NCBI RefSeq assembly: GCF_000284455.1
Contig: NC_017039.1
Location: forward strand, 1,470,001-1,502,000
Direction of reading: 5' to 3'
DNA: 32,000 nt
Origin: Synechocystis sp. PCC 6803 substr. PCC-P
GTDB taxonomy: Bacteria; Cyanobacteriota; Cyanobacteriia; Cyanobacteriales; Microcystaceae
The translations under genes were made by a program, and so were the position numbers. Below, piece by piece: positions 31,301-32,000 of the stretch (positions are counted from its first letter, which is position 1; every line of letters begins with the position of its first letter). Below the pieces are notes generated by a model. That model searched no databases. It was not told where the DNA came from and was given only the letters and a program-made list of their open reading frames with translations.

Positions 31301-32000
31301 GTTTTAACCCCAGCAATGGCAATTTGTAGATTTCCCCGGGCGTTTAAACCCTTGCTACGGAGTTGGCTTAACTTAAGCTGGGAGCCTTGCCAGTCAAAGG
31401 CGATCGCCACGGGGTCGGATAATAATTGCCAACCCTGGGAGCTAATTAAATTTCCTGTTAAGTTCGTCAACTGAGCCGTTTCCCCAGTCCACCGCCCGGT
31501 TAGACTCAATTTTCCCGCCACCTGCCCCGGTTGACCAATGCGCAAAGCCTGCCAATCTATGCCCTCCGAGTTGAGTTGGGCAGTGAAGTTTTCCTCCCCT
31601 ACACTGAATTTTTCAATGTTTACTGTCCCCTGGGGGGAATGCCATTGCCCAGCCCCGGCTAAATCCCATTGCGGCAGAGGTTGGTCTAGTTCTCCCTTGC
31701 CAGTCCAGTTCCCAGCCAAAGTTCCCGACCAGGATTGATCCATACCGGGCAGGGTTGCCAGGGAAATATTTTTCGCCACAAAAACCCCTTGCCATTGTTT
31801 ACCCTGGAGTTGAAATTGGTCGATCGCCACGGTGCCCTGGGGTAGAGTTACTTGCCCTTGACCCTGTAGCTGCAATGGTGACTGGTCTTGCTGATTGCCC
31901 TCAGCCCACACCTGGGCTTGCAATTTGCCCTGCTTGAAACTGTCTGGGATTGATGCCGTGTCGAAAGTGCTAAGGGATAAATTCTGCAGTTGAAAATTGC
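28327..32000 (-). CDS. TamB/DUF490-like large translocation and assembly module protein, 5' end beyond the window
   Basis: At least 1,220 aa. Repeated AsmA/TamB-like G-x-L-x-(L/V)-x-G patterns and a C-terminal SSEIPEPFSANQDSLQTVRIQAHINGYGSEINQNIQLTSTPRRSPQEIITLLGGG...ISVQKIINSDRLPQWGLEYRVNDSTVIRGSSN. The frame is open through 32000. Confidence 0.85.
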   Translation of the reverse strand, partial: NFQLQNLSLSTFDTASIPDSFKQGKLQAQVWAEGNQQDQSPLQLQGQGQVTLPQGTVAIDQFQLQGKQWQGVFVAKNISLATLPGMDQSWSGTLAGNWTGKGELDQPLPQWDLAGAGQWHSPQGTVNIEKFSVGEENFTAQLNSEGIDWQALRIGQPGQVAGKLSLTGRWTGETAQLTNLTGNLISSQGWQLLSDPVAIAFDWQGSQLKLSQLRSKGLNARGNLQIAIAGVKTGFDFQAAIKAMDLQVEATGLPLAKIIPTPPGAPLAGNLDFKGDVTGSGGQPLWQGQLAVNHLQLGEFKFASRLRGEAEKDPQGLQLALQGEGEQIRLSLDPKHQPTAVLFKRGPWQLAGQKQADQWSLTAHSLPLEALQNSLPLALTLVPNGDKSLTDSLAKLQSQPWGGQLSGHFQLDLAQKTAIATRVNIKQPRWGNFSAQDLTGNFRYGQGQLTVDNGRLRHGQSTVLVQGQANFQGDQPQWGGEISFRQSRIEDVLTALQLFTWEDFGRGFQPPIYGTAKDLYGEIGKDLDQENLPPLVSVGNALDDLATQFNQLAQSEASLAPTETNHEPVPDLDQLRGQLQGKITVEKREDSPLAANFNLWGQDWQWGDHGLGQLQLAGRWQGDNLSFAPLELRSGDRFLRVTGSLGPQGQQGEIQLHQLPLGPLAKILRLPAHFAPEGDVFADFRLRGSRRDPQFQGKVQIKENRFGPLALEKTEGDFSYQAGRLDFQLQSLVNSLTEPLQLQGSVPYVFPFASQAPNSDHFSVALKLKNDSLKLINLLSRGQLSWLGGQGEVDLALLGCLDPYKQTLYQLQGLGEITIHNGAIAAQMLPDKPLTQVNAQITADLNTLQVTNLTGQISGGRLAMVGSLPLQNALPDVDQGLQLSLNNLAVDIPNLYQGALGGLVQITGTAIAPQIGGQLALGNGNISVGQTLPTLGSGASSQRGLTFNNLNLVLAENIRVQNLPFLDFAAAGQVTLNGTPQNLRPEGEIKLKGGQVNLFASQLRLDNNQNNSVYFLPQRGLDPYLDLYLLSSVSETSRNIANRPSQSSEIPEPFSANQDSLQTVRIQAHINGYGSEINQNIQLTSTPRRSPQEIITLLGGGVLSTLGQDSTQTTVGLANLAGSAVLGPVQGRIGEALGLSEFRIFSTPLMNEGDRLQGNQIGVAAEAGIDITPQIGVSVQKIINSDRLPQWGLEYRVNDSTVIRGSSNFQDDSRGIVEFQKRF

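Noticed and set aside
30815-31474. 219 aa plus-strand ORF opposite the TamB-like gene
   Set aside because: Long but rich in Ser, Trp, Cys and Pro as expected for an antisense reading of a Gly/Leu/Gln-rich repeat protein; no family resemblance.
1-32000. CRISPR arrays, retron-like RNA, toxin-antitoxin or defence islands
   Set aside because: No regularly spaced direct repeats, reverse transcriptase, nuclease or helicase clusters, or small paired ORFs with recognisable TA features were seen.
28327-32000. Internal repeats in the TamB-like gene considered as a novel repeat protein
   Set aside because: The repeated beta-strand-like pattern and the C-terminal segment are typical of AsmA/TamB family proteins, so nothing beyond the family is needed.

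Overview
This 32 kb window looks like an ordinary cyanobacterial chromosomal segment. Protein content, gene order and dense GCGATCGC (HIP1) palindromes resemble Synechocystis sp. PCC 6803 or a close relative; that is from memory, with no search run. The supported genes, in order, are: a comB-like gene (partial), drgA-like nitroreductase, aspS, a beta-propeller-like membrane protein, a GuaB3-type IMPDH-like protein, an ABC sugar-type permease, a saccharopine-dehydrogenase-like protein (-), a DUF3153-like lipoprotein, the mntC-mntA-mntB manganese ABC transporter (-), kaiC2-kaiB2 (-), a DUF4230-like protein, a LysR regulator of the NdhR/CmpR type (-), a NhaS1/NhaP-type Na+/H+ antiporter, a NarL-type response regulator plus histidine kinase (-), kdpA-kdpB-kdpF-like-kdpC-kdpD(truncated), and a partial TamB-like protein (-). 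No CRISPR array, tRNA, rRNA, defence island or clearly novel multigene system could be supported. The more unusual signals are in the spaces between genes. (1) A short decayed fragment resembling a second KaiB N-terminus lies just downstream of kaiC2-kaiB2 and ends at a degraded IS5-type element. (2) A family of about 110-130 bp MITE-like repeats occurs at least four times. One terminus of these repeats matches the surviving IS end at 16 of 17 bases, and two copies lie inside apparent operons (histidine kinase/response regulator and kdpF/kdpC). (3) A remnant of a LivM-type permease carries an in-frame stop. (4) KdpD lacks its kinase module, while a separate membrane histidine kinase sits upstream of kdpA.
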